From a bacterium (GTDB lineage: Bacteria; Patescibacteriota; Microgenomatia; UBA1400; PJMF01): a stretch of DNA of 64,000 nt. Below the pieces are notes generated by a model, which was not told the origin of the DNA, made no database searches, and saw nothing but the letters and a program-made list of their open reading frames with translations. The DNA lies in assembly GCA_017431625.1 (NCBI GenBank), contig JAFRKQ010000015.1, positions 17,608-81,607 of the forward strand, given 5' to 3'. This document shows, in pieces, positions 1 through 8,914 of this stretch. Positions within the stretch are counted from its first letter, which is position 1. Each line of letters begins with the position of its first letter. The position numbers were made by a program, and so were the translations under genes.

Positions 1-194
1 TGATGGGCATTCGTCCCACTGTTCGTGGTACGGCTCAGCACCCTGGTTCACATCCACATGGTGGTGGTGAAGGTCGTAGTGGCATTGGTTTGTCGCACCC
101 GAAGACTCCATGGGGTAAGCCCGCCTTGGGTCACAAGACTCGCAAACAGTCAAAGAAAAATAAGATGATTGTCAAAGATAGAAGGATGAAGTAA
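1..194 (+). CDS. rplB: 50S ribosomal protein L2, C-terminal fragment (gene starts upstream of window)
   Basis: ORF 3..194 ...[34 protein letters not shown] is the conserved uL2 C-terminus; stop TAA 192-194 overlaps rpsS ATG. Confidence 0.85.
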   Translation, partial: MGIRPTVRGTAQHPGSHPHGGGEGRSGIGLSHPKTPWGKPALGHKTRKQSKKNKMIVKDRRMK

Positions 195-478
195 TGAGTA
201 GAAGCGCAAAAAAAGGTCCCTACGTGGACGAGAAACTATTAGCTAAAGTGATGGCACAAAAAGCGAGTGGATCGAAGAGTTCGATTAAGACTTGGGCTCG
301 TGCTTGTGTGGTGGCTCCAGAATTTATTGGTCACACTTTCAGTGTCCATCAGGGTAAGAAGTTTGTGGAAGTGTATGTCACGGAGACAATGGTCGGTCAC
401 AAACTGGGTGAATTTGCTCCCACCAGGACTTTCAAAGGTCATGGTCGGATTGTGAAACGTGTCTTGACTAAGACTTGA
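194..478 (+). CDS. rpsS: 30S ribosomal protein S19
   Basis: 94 aa [16 protein letters not shown]...[15 protein letters not shown] typical uS19; position after L2. Confidence 0.95.
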   Translation: MSRSAKKGPYVDEKLLAKVMAQKASGSKSSIKTWARACVVAPEFIGHTFSVHQGKKFVEVYVTETMVGHKLGEFAPTRTFKGHGRIVKRVLTKT

Positions 479-493
479 TGCTGGAGGTGGAAA

Positions 494-880
494 ATGACAA
501 CTATTATAGCAGAACAAAAAAATGTCCGTCAATCTTCACGCAAGGTACGTTTGGTAGCCAATCAAGTGAAAAAGCTTGATTTGGAGTCGGCAGTGAGACA
601 ATTGACGGTGATGGAAAAACGTAGTAGCATGGTGATTCTCAAAACTGTCAAACAGGCTTTGGCTAATGCGGTGAAAAATTCTGGTTTGGCGATTGAGGAT
701 CTGGAGTTGACTGATATTGTCGTGGCAGATGGACCGATTTTGCGTCGCATGCGAGCTGTTTCTCGCGGTCGTGGTCATGGTATTGACAAAAGGACGTGTC
801 ATGTCCGTGTGGTATTGAAAACAAAAGAGGCTGCAGTAGTGCCGGCAACGGCCGTGGCTGAGGCTAAAGGAAAGAATTAA
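494..880 (+). CDS. rplV: 50S ribosomal protein L22
   Basis: 128 aa, uL22-like (KAVAKNVRLSPRKVRLVA-type N-term), conserved operon position. Confidence 0.9.
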   Translation: MTTIIAEQKNVRQSSRKVRLVANQVKKLDLESAVRQLTVMEKRSSMVILKTVKQALANAVKNSGLAIEDLELTDIVVADGPILRRMRAVSRGRGHGIDKRTCHVRVVLKTKEAAVVPATAVAEAKGKN

Positions 881-884
881 GACT

Positions 885-1538
885 ATGGGACAAAAAGTAA
901 ATCCGATTGGCTATCGAGTGGGAGTGACTCAGTCTGCTGCGTCCAAGTGGTATGCTGGTAAGGGTGAGTATGGCGCGTTGTTGTTACAAGACAAACAATT
1001 GCGTGATTTGCTCAATAAAGAGTTGGAAAGTGCAGGCTTGGTGAAAGCTGAGATCGAGCGATCAGTGAATTTGATCAAAATCACTATTAATGTTTCCAGA
1101 CCAGGTGTGGTGATTGGCCGCGGTGGCACCAGTTTAGAGCAACTCAAGAAGAAAATTGAAGTTCAGGTCAATAAGAATGCCAAAAAAGGCGAGAAAATTC
1201 GCATTGATTTGAAAGTGGAAGAGGTTAAAAAGGCTGATGCATCGGCAAAATTGGTGGCAGAGAAGATTGCTGGTCAGTTGATTAAGCGTTTCCCCCATCG
1301 CCGGGCTATCAGTCAGGCGATTGAAAAAGCGATGGCAGCCGGTGCACGTGGTATCAAAATTCAGCTCTCAGGGAGAATTGGTGGAGCAGAGATTTCTCGC
1401 AGTGAAAAGTACTTCCAGGGTAGTATTCCCACTCAAACATTGCGAGCAAATATTGATTACTATGAAATGCCTATTCACACCAAGTCAGGTTATGTTGGCA
1501 TAAAAGTATGGATACATAAAGGAACTTTGAACGCATAA
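885..1538 (+). CDS. rpsC: 30S ribosomal protein S3
   Basis: 217 aa MGQKVNPIGYRVGV... KH domain and uS3 C-domain. Confidence 0.95.
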   Translation: MGQKVNPIGYRVGVTQSAASKWYAGKGEYGALLLQDKQLRDLLNKELESAGLVKAEIERSVNLIKITINVSRPGVVIGRGGTSLEQLKKKIEVQVNKNAKKGEKIRIDLKVEEVKKADASAKLVAEKIAGQLIKRFPHRRAISQAIEKAMAAGARGIKIQLSGRIGGAEISRSEKYFQGSIPTQTLRANIDYYEMPIHTKSGYVGIKVWIHKGTLNA

Positions 1539-1555
1539 GTTTAGAGTAAAAAGCT

Positions 1556-1963
1556 ATGTTAGAACCGAAAAAACGCAAATATCGAAAATGCTTTCGCGGC
1601 AAGAATCGTGGCAAGGCACAGCGTGGGACTCAAGTAGCCTTTGGCGACTATGGTCTCAAGGCTTTAGAACATGGCTTGTTGACTGATCGCGAGATTGAAG
1701 CCGCGCGTAAAAAAATTACTTTTGCCACCAAAAAAGTTGGTAAGTATTGGTTTCGGGTCTTTCCCCACAAACCGGTGACCAAAAAGCCTGTCGGAGTCAA
1801 GATGGGTAGCGGCAAGGGTGATATTGATCACTATGTGGCGGTAGTTAAGCCAGGCATGATTCTTTTTGAGATTGGTGGAGTGGATATTGCTACTGCCAAG
1901 AGTGCTTTTAGTAAAGCTGGACATAAGTTATCCGTCAAAACGGCGTTAGTGAGCAAGGATTAA
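1556..1963 (+). CDS. rplP: 50S ribosomal protein L16
   Basis: 135 aa MLEPKKRKYRKCFRGKNRG... uL16. Confidence 0.95.
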   Translation: MLEPKKRKYRKCFRGKNRGKAQRGTQVAFGDYGLKALEHGLLTDREIEAARKKITFATKKVGKYWFRVFPHKPVTKKPVGVKMGSGKGDIDHYVAVVKPGMILFEIGGVDIATAKSAFSKAGHKLSVKTALVSKD

Positions 1964-1964
1964 C

Positions 1965-2183
1965 ATGAAAAAAACACAAATGCGCCAATGGCGTGAAAAA
2001 GATAATCAACAGGTAGAGGCAGAATTGAAGACTTTGTCGGCTAAGTTGACGAGTGCCTATCTGACCAAGAGTGCCGGTAAATTGCAGAATGTAGCTATGA
2101 TTAAAAACATCCGGCGCGATATCGCTTGGCTCAAAACAATCATGGGCGAGCGCGCTGAACAACCAGTAGTAAGTGAAAGTTAA
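1965..2183 (+). CDS. rpmC: 50S ribosomal protein L29
   Basis: 72 aa helical protein between L16 and S17. Confidence 0.85.
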   Translation: MKKTQMRQWREKDNQQVEAELKTLSAKLTSAYLTKSAGKLQNVAMIKNIRRDIAWLKTIMGERAEQPVVSES

Positions 2184-2185
2184 AC

Positions 2186-2437
2186 ATGAAAAGTCTTACG
2201 GGAAAAGTGGTTTCACTTAAGAATCAGCAGACAGCGGTGGTGGAAGTGGAAAATCATTTCCAACATCCGCTTTATAAAAAGTATTTGACACGTACCAAAA
2301 AGTACGCCTGTCAGCTTGATGAGGGGGTGTCTTTAACTCTTGGTCAGGAAGTAGAAATTGTCTCTTGTCGACCAATTAGCAAAACCAAGCACTTCCGTGT
2401 TCAAATGCAGACAGCTAATGGCAGAAGGGAAAAATAA
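2186..2437 (+). CDS. rpsQ: 30S ribosomal protein S17
   Basis: 83 aa ...[14 protein letters not shown]... uS17. Confidence 0.9.
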   Translation: MKSLTGKVVSLKNQQTAVVEVENHFQHPLYKKYLTRTKKYACQLDEGVSLTLGQEVEIVSCRPISKTKHFRVQMQTANGRREK

Positions 2438-2439
2438 TT

Positions 2440-2814
2440 ATGATACAGTTGCGATCAGTGCTTGATGTCGCTGATAATAGCGGCGCAAAACAAATTCGGG
2501 TCATCCAAGTTCATGGAGGTTCCAAACGTCGTTACGGTTATGTTGGTGACGTGGTGGCCGCTTCGGTCATTAAGGCTGATCCCAATGGTACCGTTAAAAA
2601 AGGTGAAAAGGTGAAAGCAGTGATAGTTCGGACTAAAAAGGAATTTCGCCGTAGCGGTGGTGAGTATGTCCGTTTTGGTGATAATGCAGCTGTTATTATT
2701 ACTGCTCGAGAAAATCTCGATCCCATTGGTACTCGTGTTTTTGGGCCAGTGGCGCGTGAAGTTAAAAATGCTGGCTTTACCAAGATTGCTAATTTAGCGC
2801 CAGAAGTTTTGTAA
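2440..2814 (+). CDS. rplN: 50S ribosomal protein L14
   Basis: 124 aa [17 protein letters not shown]... uL14. Confidence 0.95.
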   Translation: MIQLRSVLDVADNSGAKQIRVIQVHGGSKRRYGYVGDVVAASVIKADPNGTVKKGEKVKAVIVRTKKEFRRSGGEYVRFGDNAAVIITARENLDPIGTRVFGPVAREVKNAGFTKIANLAPEVL

Positions 2815-2827
2815 GTGGAGGTGAGCA

Positions 2828-3136
2828 ATGAAATTCAGAGTTAATGACCAAGTAATCATCACCAGCGGTAAAGACAAAGGACGCAAATCAAAAATTATTC
2901 AAGTTTTGCCCGCTAAAGATCAGGTGGTAGTGGAAGGAGTGAATATGTACACTCGCCATATCCGCAAGATGATGGGGCGTCCTGGTGAAAAAATCAGACG
3001 GGAGCGTCCCCTCTCGACGGCCAAGATTGCGATTATTAATGACAAAGGTCAAGCGGATCGTATTGGCTTTGTAGTTGACAATGGGACGAAAAAACGTATC
3101 TATAAGAAGACGAAAACAGTGATGACAGAGAGTTAA
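2828..3136 (+). CDS. rplX: 50S ribosomal protein L24
   Basis: 102 aa MKFRVNDQVIITSGKDKGRKSKI KOW motif. Confidence 0.9.
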   Translation: MKFRVNDQVIITSGKDKGRKSKIIQVLPAKDQVVVEGVNMYTRHIRKMMGRPGEKIRRERPLSTAKIAIINDKGQADRIGFVVDNGTKKRIYKKTKTVMTES

Positions 3137-3137
3137 T

Positions 3138-3686
3138 ATGAATCGATTAAAACAACGCTACAATGATGAAGTCATTCCGCAACTCCAAAAGGAGTTGGGT
3201 GTGTCAAGTAAGTTTGAGGTGCCGGCTTTGAAGAAGGTGGTGCTTAATATGGGAGTGTCAGATCCAGCCGATCCTAGAGAACGACGTCGGGCTTTGGAAA
3301 ACATCAGCAGTCAAATCGCTTTGATTACAGGCCAAAAACCACAAGTAACGGTGGCTAAGAAAGCGATTTCCAATTTTAAGTTGCGTGCCGGTGATCCCAT
3401 GGGTGTGATGGTGACCTTGCGTGGCGAGCGTATGTGGCAATTTGTTGATAAGCTCATCGCTATTGTTTTACCTCGGGTCAAAGATTTCCGTGGCGTGAGT
3501 CGCACCGCTTTCGATGGTCATGGCAACTATTCGTTGGGGATTGAAGAGCAGATTATTTTCCCTGAGATTGAATATGATAAAATTGAACGCATCCGGGGTT
3601 TACAATTAAATTTTGTCACCAACAGCAATGATAAAGATGCTTATCGTATGTTGGAATTATTAGGTATGCCTTTTGCGAAGGAATAA
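3138..3686 (+). CDS. rplE: 50S ribosomal protein L5
   Basis: 182 aa uL5 (YNDEV...ALENISSQIALITGQKP). Confidence 0.95.
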   Translation: MNRLKQRYNDEVIPQLQKELGVSSKFEVPALKKVVLNMGVSDPADPRERRRALENISSQIALITGQKPQVTVAKKAISNFKLRAGDPMGVMVTLRGERMWQFVDKLIAIVLPRVKDFRGVSRTAFDGHGNYSLGIEEQIIFPEIEYDKIERIRGLQLNFVTNSNDKDAYRMLELLGMPFAKE

Positions 3687-3704
3687 CGAGACGAAGGAAT
3701 CACT

Positions 3705-3935
3705 ATGGCTAAAGTTTCTAAAATCGAAAAAAACAAGAAACTCGCGCGCAAGCAAGCGCATTATCGGAGTTTGGGGGTGAAAAAACCCAACAAGGTGGCC
3801 AATCGTGTCGTTAATCGTTGCAGTTTAACTGGCCGACCCCATGGTTATATGCGCTATTTCGGTTTGTCACGTTTGACTTTCCGTGAATTGGCCAATCGAG
3901 GTGAGCTTCCAGGTGTAGTGAAAGCTAGTAAGTAA
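3705..3935 (+). CDS. rpsN: 30S ribosomal protein S14 (short form, single Cys, no Zn knuckle)
   Basis: 76 aa [12 protein letters not shown]...[19 protein letters not shown] uS14. Confidence 0.85.
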   Translation: MAKVSKIEKNKKLARKQAHYRSLGVKKPNKVANRVVNRCSLTGRPHGYMRYFGLSRLTFRELANRGELPGVVKASK

Positions 3936-3946
3936 GGATTTTGATT

Positions 3947-4339
3947 ATGACAGATACCATTGCAGACATGCTGATTAGAATAAAGAATGCTTACTTGGCT
4001 AATAAGGATCAGGTGCAATTGCCGGCATCGAAAAAGCTGGAAGCGGTTGCGAATGTTTTGCGCGAAGCAGGCTATTTGTCAGAGGTGAAAGTAGTCACCA
4101 ATGATAAAAATCAGCGCAATCTTGAGCTAAGTCTTCTCTACTCTGGGGTGACGCCGGCGCTCACTGACGTGAAGCGGGTGTCCAAGCCTGGTTGCCGTGT
4201 ATATGTGACTGTTGGGGAGATTCCGGCGGTACTACATGGCTACGGCCTAGCAATTTTGTCTACCAGTGAAGGGATTCTATCGGGAGCTGCGGCCAAACAA
4301 AAGGGTGTCGGTGGCGAGCTTTTAGCTGAAGTATGGTAA
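3947..4339 (+). CDS. rpsH: 30S ribosomal protein S8
   Basis: MTDTIADMLIRIKNA... uS8; ATG 3947 preferred over upstream TTG because of SD TAAGGA spacing. Confidence 0.9.
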   Translation: MTDTIADMLIRIKNAYLANKDQVQLPASKKLEAVANVLREAGYLSEVKVVTNDKNQRNLELSLLYSGVTPALTDVKRVSKPGCRVYVTVGEIPAVLHGYGLAILSTSEGILSGAAAKQKGVGGELLAEVW

Positions 4340-4364
4340 GACTGTAAGGACAGAAAGACAGTGT

Positions 4365-4904
4365 ATGGCAAAAATAACAAATAAACCAATAATGATACCG
4401 TCCGGAGTTACGGCGAGCGTAGAAAATGGTGAGGTGACGATCAAAGGTGCCAAGGGGCAACTGAAGGTCCAGCTTTTGCCAAACATTGACGTGGAGATTG
4501 ACGGTGATAAGTTGATTGTCCATCAAGGCAGTCAAGAAAAACAAACTAAAGCTTTTGTTGGCCTCATTAAAGCCTTGGTCCGTAATGCCATTGCCGGAGT
4601 AACCACTGGTTTTAGCAAAACGCTTAAGCTGGTCGGTACTGGTTACCGGGTACAGGCTCAGGGCAAAGGGATAAGTCTGGCGGTGGGTTTTTCTCACACA
4701 GTGGAGTTTATGCCTCCTGAGGGTGTTGAGCTCAAAGTGGAGGGTCAAGATACTATCATCGTCAGTGGCTTTGACAAACAACAAGTAGGACAGGTAGCAG
4801 CTAATATCCGCAAAGTACGACCACCAGAACCTTATAAAGGTAAAGGTATTCGCTACGTTGATGAGGTCGTCCGTCGTAAGCAGGGTAAGACAGCCGCGAA
4901 GTAA
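4365..4904 (+). CDS. rplF: 50S ribosomal protein L6
   Basis: 179 aa uL6 two-domain protein. Confidence 0.9.
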   Translation: MAKITNKPIMIPSGVTASVENGEVTIKGAKGQLKVQLLPNIDVEIDGDKLIVHQGSQEKQTKAFVGLIKALVRNAIAGVTTGFSKTLKLVGTGYRVQAQGKGISLAVGFSHTVEFMPPEGVELKVEGQDTIIVSGFDKQQVGQVAANIRKVRPPEPYKGKGIRYVDEVVRRKQGKTAAK

Positions 4905-4912
4905 GGATCAAG

Positions 4913-5281
4913 ATGACAACAGTTGCACATAATTTATCCAATAGACAACGTCGACTCAAAAGAATGCATCGTCGCGTCAAAGCGATAGCGAGTCGGCCAA
5001 AACTCGTGATCACGCGCACCAATCGCTATATAGATCTGCAAGTGATCGGTGAAAATGGCTATGTCCAAGCGAGTGAAAGTGACATCGCTTTGGTCAAAGC
5101 TGGTCAGCTGGATCGTTCACTCACTAAAACCGAGCGGGCGGCGGCTACGGGTAAAGCATTGGCGGCCAAACTTCAGGAGAAAAATATCAAGTGCTTGGCA
5201 GTAGATCGCGGTGCGTACAAATTTCATGGTCGAATAAAGGCCGCAGTAGAAGCAATCAGAGAAAATGGAATTGAGGCGTAA
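4913..5281 (+). CDS. rplR: 50S ribosomal protein L18
   Basis: 122 aa uL18. Confidence 0.85.
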   Translation: MTTVAHNLSNRQRRLKRMHRRVKAIASRPKLVITRTNRYIDLQVIGENGYVQASESDIALVKAGQLDRSLTKTERAAATGKALAAKLQEKNIKCLAVDRGAYKFHGRIKAAVEAIRENGIEA

Positions 5282-5282
5282 A

Positions 5283-6065
5283 ATGGCATTGACTAATAAT
5301 AATACGAATAACAGTCGTTCTCAAGAGGCGAGTGTTGCTGAAGAAAAAAAGTACGAAGAAAAGGTCGTCCAGGTATCGCGTGTGTCCAAAAAGACCAAGG
5401 GCGGTAATCAATTTGGTTTCTCGATCCTAGTTGTGGTCGGCGATAAGAAGGGACGAGTGGGTGTCGGTTTGGGCAAAGGCAAAGATGTCTTGTCCTCGAT
5501 CAAAAAAGCCGTCAAGAAAGCACGTAAAAATATGATCAGTGTGCCAATGGATGGTACTACTATCCCCTTTCCTGTGCGGGTTAAAAAAGGCGCGGCCAAG
5601 GTTTTGCTCAAACCCGCTCCCAAGGGTTCGGGCGTTATTGCTGGTGGTGCTGTCCGTAGTGTAGTGGAAGCGGCTGGCATTCGTGATCTTTCGGCGAAAA
5701 TTTTGGGCACCAATAATCAAGCCAGTAATGTTTATGCCACCTTTACGGCGCTCAAACAAATGGAAAAAATGGTAGAACTTAAGGGTATTAAACTGAAGTC
5801 CATTGTGGAAATCGAAGCTGAAGAAGCGAAGAAATTTGAGGAAGAAGCAGCCAAGGCAAAAGCAGCCGAAAAAGGCAAGCAAGAAGCTTCAAAAAAGAAT
5901 CTTAAGAACGGTCGCAGTGGTGATAAAGCCAAAAAGCCTGTCAAAGATAGTAAAGATAAAAAGGGTGCTAAGTCAGCTGCTGTCAAAAAAGCTGCTAAGC
6001 CAGCGGCTAAATCAGCTCCCAGCAAGGGTGAGCAAGCGACACCCGCAGCCGAGTCGACCAAGTAG
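5283..6065 (+). CDS. rpsE: 30S ribosomal protein S5 with ~95 aa Lys/Ala/Glu-rich C-terminal extension
   Basis: uS5 core (VSRVSKKTKGG..FGFSILVVVGD...GIRDLSAKILG) then low-complexity tail KKFEEEAAKAKAAEKGK...AAKSAPSKG; ATG 5283 directly after rplR stop. Confidence 0.9.
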   Translation: MALTNNNTNNSRSQEASVAEEKKYEEKVVQVSRVSKKTKGGNQFGFSILVVVGDKKGRVGVGLGKGKDVLSSIKKAVKKARKNMISVPMDGTTIPFPVRVKKGAAKVLLKPAPKGSGVIAGGAVRSVVEAAGIRDLSAKILGTNNQASNVYATFTALKQMEKMVELKGIKLKSIVEIEAEEAKKFEEEAAKAKAAEKGKQEASKKNLKNGRSGDKAKKPVKDSKDKKGAKSAAVKKAAKPAAKSAPSKGEQATPAAESTK

Positions 6066-6088
6066 TCGGCGTCAATTAGAAAGGCCCA

Positions 6089-6523
6089 ATGTCAATTTTA
6101 AATCAGAATATCGATATCAGTAATAAGTCTAAAAAACGGCTTGGCCGTGGTTATGGTAGCGGCAAAGGCAAGACCGTTGGTCGCGGTACCAAAGGCTCGG
6201 GGGCGCGCAAAAGTCCTCACATGGCACCTATTTTTGAAGGCGGTCAGTTGCCACTCACCAAACGTTTGCCGATGATCCGTGGTAAATCGCGTTTTCAATC
6301 ATTTGCCAAAGTCGGTGAGGTCAATGTCGGTGATTTAGCCAAGCTAGACGCTGAGCTTATTAGTCTAGAAACACTCAAGCTTGCCGGTTTGGTGGATAAG
6401 CGGGTAAAAGCCGCAAAAGTGATTAACACTGGTAGCTTGGATAAAGCCGTTAAACTCCAAGGATTGCGCGTTTCGGCTGGAGCCAAAAAAGCCATTGAAG
6501 CTGCTGGCGGTAGCGTGGTTTAA
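6089..6523 (+). CDS. rplO: 50S ribosomal protein L15 (uL30 gene absent between rpsE and rplO)
   Basis: 144 aa ...KKRLGRGYGSGKGKTVGRGTKG uL15. Confidence 0.9.
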   Translation: MSILNQNIDISNKSKKRLGRGYGSGKGKTVGRGTKGSGARKSPHMAPIFEGGQLPLTKRLPMIRGKSRFQSFAKVGEVNVGDLAKLDAELISLETLKLAGLVDKRVKAAKVINTGSLDKAVKLQGLRVSAGAKKAIEAAGGSVV

Positions 6524-6543
6524 GACCTGATTGTGTGGATATT

Positions 6544-6575
6544 AAAACTCCCAACTTGATGGTTGGGAGTTTTTG
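6544..6575 (+). terminator. Rho-independent terminator ending the ribosomal protein operon
   Basis: AAAACTCCCAAC ttgatg GTTGGGAG + TTTTT. Confidence 0.75.
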
Positions 6576-6599
6576 GTGGTTGGCCAAAATGATAATTGC

Positions 6600-6608
6600 T
6601 GTTATAAT
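6600..6608 (+). promoter_or_regulatory. Extended -10 (TGtTATAAT) for leaderless rmuC
   Basis: TGnTATAAT with ATG 6615 six nt downstream. Confidence 0.5.
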
Positions 6609-6614
6609 ATGAAT

Positions 6615-7697
6615 ATGGAAATAACTATTTTGGTTTTGTTGATTTTGGTGATAGTTTTGCTGCTGCTCAATTTGCTTTTGACCTATGCTCTCAAGATGCG
6701 ACAACCGGACTTGGAAAAAACGCTTTCGCGCCAGCGCCGGGAGTTGACCCTCACACTTGAGTCTTTCGGTCAAGGCCAGGAACGTCAACTTCAGCATCTA
6801 ACAGCGATGACCGAAAAACGTCTTGAGTCCATGCGTCAAACTGTGGATGAAAAACTACAAACTTCTCTGGAACGCCGACTCAATGATTCTTTTCGCCAGG
6901 TATCTGAGCGGCTGGAAATGGTTTATAAAGGTTTGGGTGAAATGCAGACGCTGGCGGCCGGTGTCGGTGATCTCAAGAAAGTACTTACCAATGTCAAGGT
7001 CCGGGGTACGTGGGGTGAAGTCCAACTGGGCAATTTGTTGTCGCAGTTTTTGGCGCAAAGCGACTATACCGAAAACGTGGCTACCGTCCCTGGTAGTAGC
7101 AATCGGGTGGAATTTGCGATCAAACTTCCGAGCAAAAATAATGATCAAGACAATGTTTTATTACCTATTGATGCGAAATTTCCCTTAGAAGATTTTGAGC
7201 GTTTGCAATTGGCACAAGAGCAAGCTGACAAAAGTTTGATTGACATTGAGTCCAAGGCTTTGTATACGCGTTTGAAAAAATGCGCCAAAGATATTCACGA
7301 TAAGTACTTGTCGCCACCGAAGACCACAGATTTTGCGATTATGTATTTGCCGCTTGAAGGTCTGTATGCCCAAGTGAGTCAAAATGTCGCTTTGTGTCGT
7401 CAACTCCAACAAGATTATCGGGTGACTGTCATGGGACCCAATACCATTGCTGCTTTTTTGAATAGCCTTCAGTTGGGTTTTCGCACATTAACGATTGAAA
7501 AGCGCTCAGCCCAAGTGTGGCAGCTTTTGGGCGAGATCCAAACTGAGTTTGCTAAATTTGGACTCATTTTGCAAAAAACGCAAAAGAAATTGCAAGAAGC
7601 CAGCAACATCATCAGCGAGGCTCAAAGCAAATCAACCACAATTAATCGCAAACTTCAAAGTGTGGAAAATCGTGATTTACTCCAAGAGCCTGTGTAA
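6615..7697 (+). CDS. rmuC: DNA recombination protein RmuC
   Basis: N-terminal TM then coiled coil and RGTWGEVQL / IDAKFPLEDFERL motifs of the RmuC family. Confidence 0.8.
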   Translation: MEITILVLLILVIVLLLLNLLLTYALKMRQPDLEKTLSRQRRELTLTLESFGQGQERQLQHLTAMTEKRLESMRQTVDEKLQTSLERRLNDSFRQVSERLEMVYKGLGEMQTLAAGVGDLKKVLTNVKVRGTWGEVQLGNLLSQFLAQSDYTENVATVPGSSNRVEFAIKLPSKNNDQDNVLLPIDAKFPLEDFERLQLAQEQADKSLIDIESKALYTRLKKCAKDIHDKYLSPPKTTDFAIMYLPLEGLYAQVSQNVALCRQLQQDYRVTVMGPNTIAAFLNSLQLGFRTLTIEKRSAQVWQLLGEIQTEFAKFGLILQKTQKKLQEASNIISEAQSKSTTINRKLQSVENRDLLQEPV

Positions 7698-7790
7698 CAA
7701 AAATGCCATTTTTGTCACAAAAAACCAGATATGCGCGTTTAACACGCGTTTAACAAAAATGCGAAATTGTACATATTTTGTCTACATGTA
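7698..7790. repeat. Repeat element X (contains tandem GCGTTTAACA x2), copy 1
   Basis: ~85% identical to the reverse complement of 22826-22920. Confidence 0.6.
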
Positions 7791-7796
7791 AAAAAT

Positions 7797-7843
7797 GCCG
7801 AGCTCCGCGCGGAGCTCGGCAGTCCGCAGTTATTCGGTAAACT
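7797..7843. repeat. GC-rich palindromic element (family Z), short inverted copy; terminator-like after rmuC
   Basis: Perfect palindrome GCCGAGCTCCGCGCGGAGCTCGGC; its reverse complement aligns with 18307-18384 with an internal deletion. Confidence 0.6.
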
Positions 7844-7875
7844 CAAATTGATGAAAAACTTTTAGCAGCGAACCC

Positions 7876-8010
7876 GAAACAAATATTTAAGCTGGCTCAA
7901 ACAGCTCGCCCAGCAAATATTTAGCCGGGCGCTCAAACAGCGGCTCGCATGACATGGACGTCACGGCTCGCCAAACTCGCGCCAACGGCAAAAATATTTG
8001 CTATGGGCTC
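7876..8010. repeat. Repeat element Y (degenerate ~30-nt tandem units CAAATATTTAGCnGGnCTCAAACAGC...), copy 1
   Basis: Shares a 25-nt exact block AAATATTTAGCCGGGCGCTCAAACA and ~80% identity over ~105 nt with 22672-22790. Confidence 0.6.
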
Positions 8011-8077
8011 GCTGTTTGTAGAGTCTTAATGGCGACATTAGCATTTCATTAAAAATGAGACACTGTCTATTGATTTT

Positions 8078-8914
8078 TCAGCTATTCGGTTGATGCTCAG
8101 TTTTGAAAATAAGTAAGTGAGCTTTTGGTGGTGAACAAAAACGAAAATACGGCAACTCGTTGCCGATGCCCGGCGAGACGAGCATCCGCGCTTGTGGGGT
8201 TTGGACTAGGCCGACTTGGTAGTCGTAGGCCGCAATGCGATGAGGCACAAAAGGCTGGTAACGAAAAAAAGTAATTTGCGAGCCGTGTGTGTGGCCGGCG
8301 AGAACAAAATTGACACCGTCTTGGGGAGTCAATCTGTCAATAAAATTTGGTTGGTGTGATAATAGAATTGTAAAAGTTTTTTTGTCAGTGTGCTCATGTG
8401 CGAGCGCGAAATCAGGATGGCCAAACCACATGTCCCCCACTCCATCAAGACGGATCTGGGCTGAACCACGCTCAAGGGTGACGCCTTGATTGTGAAGCAG
8501 CCTTATACCGGCTCTTTGAAGTTGCTGGCGATTAAAGTCAATGCTAAAATCATAATCATGATTGCCCAAAACGGCATAACAACCCAAACTGGGCGGACGG
8601 ATTTTTTGCAAGATCCCCAAAAGTTCAATGTAGTCGCTCACGAGTTTTTGATGGGAGCGATATTTGGTCAAATAATCACCGCCAAAAAGTACCAAGTCAG
8701 GTTGGAGGCGATTGATTTTGCTGACCATGCGGCGGAGTCTGCTGACGTTGGAAAAGGGACCATGATGAATATCACTGACAAAAACCACTCGCAAATTGTG
8801 AAACTCAGCTGGTAATTGCTGGTCACGGATGATAGTCCGCTCAAAACCAAGCGACAGCGTTTCGGTGGCGATATAAGATGCGAGTAAACCGGTAAAAGCC
8901 AAGCCAGGTGTCAT
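8078..8914 (-). CDS. Calcineurin-like metallophosphoesterase (YkuE-like)
   Basis: VSDIHHG...GDY...GNHDY...GHTHG metallophosphatase motifs. Confidence 0.75.
   Translation of the reverse strand: MTPGLAFTGLLASYIATETLSLGFERTIIRDQQLPAEFHNLRVVFVSDIHHGPFSNVSRLRRMVSKINRLQPDLVLFGGDYLTKYRSHQKLVSDYIELLGILQKIRPPSLGCYAVLGNHDYDFSIDFNRQQLQRAGIRLLHNQGVTLERGSAQIRLDGVGDMWFGHPDFALAHEHTDKKTFTILLSHQPNFIDRLTPQDGVNFVLAGHTHGSQITFFRYQPFVPHRIAAYDYQVGLVQTPQARMLVSPGIGNELPYFRFCSPPKAHLLIFKTEHQPNS

Noticed and set aside
4260-4784. 174-aa minus-strand ORF
   Set aside because: Antisense across rpsH/rplF within a conserved ribosomal operon.
5427-6123. Several overlapping ORFs on both strands
   Set aside because: Generated by the low-complexity Lys/Ala-coding tail of rpsE; alternative-frame artefacts.
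7876-8010. Possible CRISPR array (degenerate ~30-nt tandem units)
   Set aside because: Units are imperfect and not separated by unique spacers of constant length; no cas genes; the same block recurs at 22672-22790 as a dispersed repeat.
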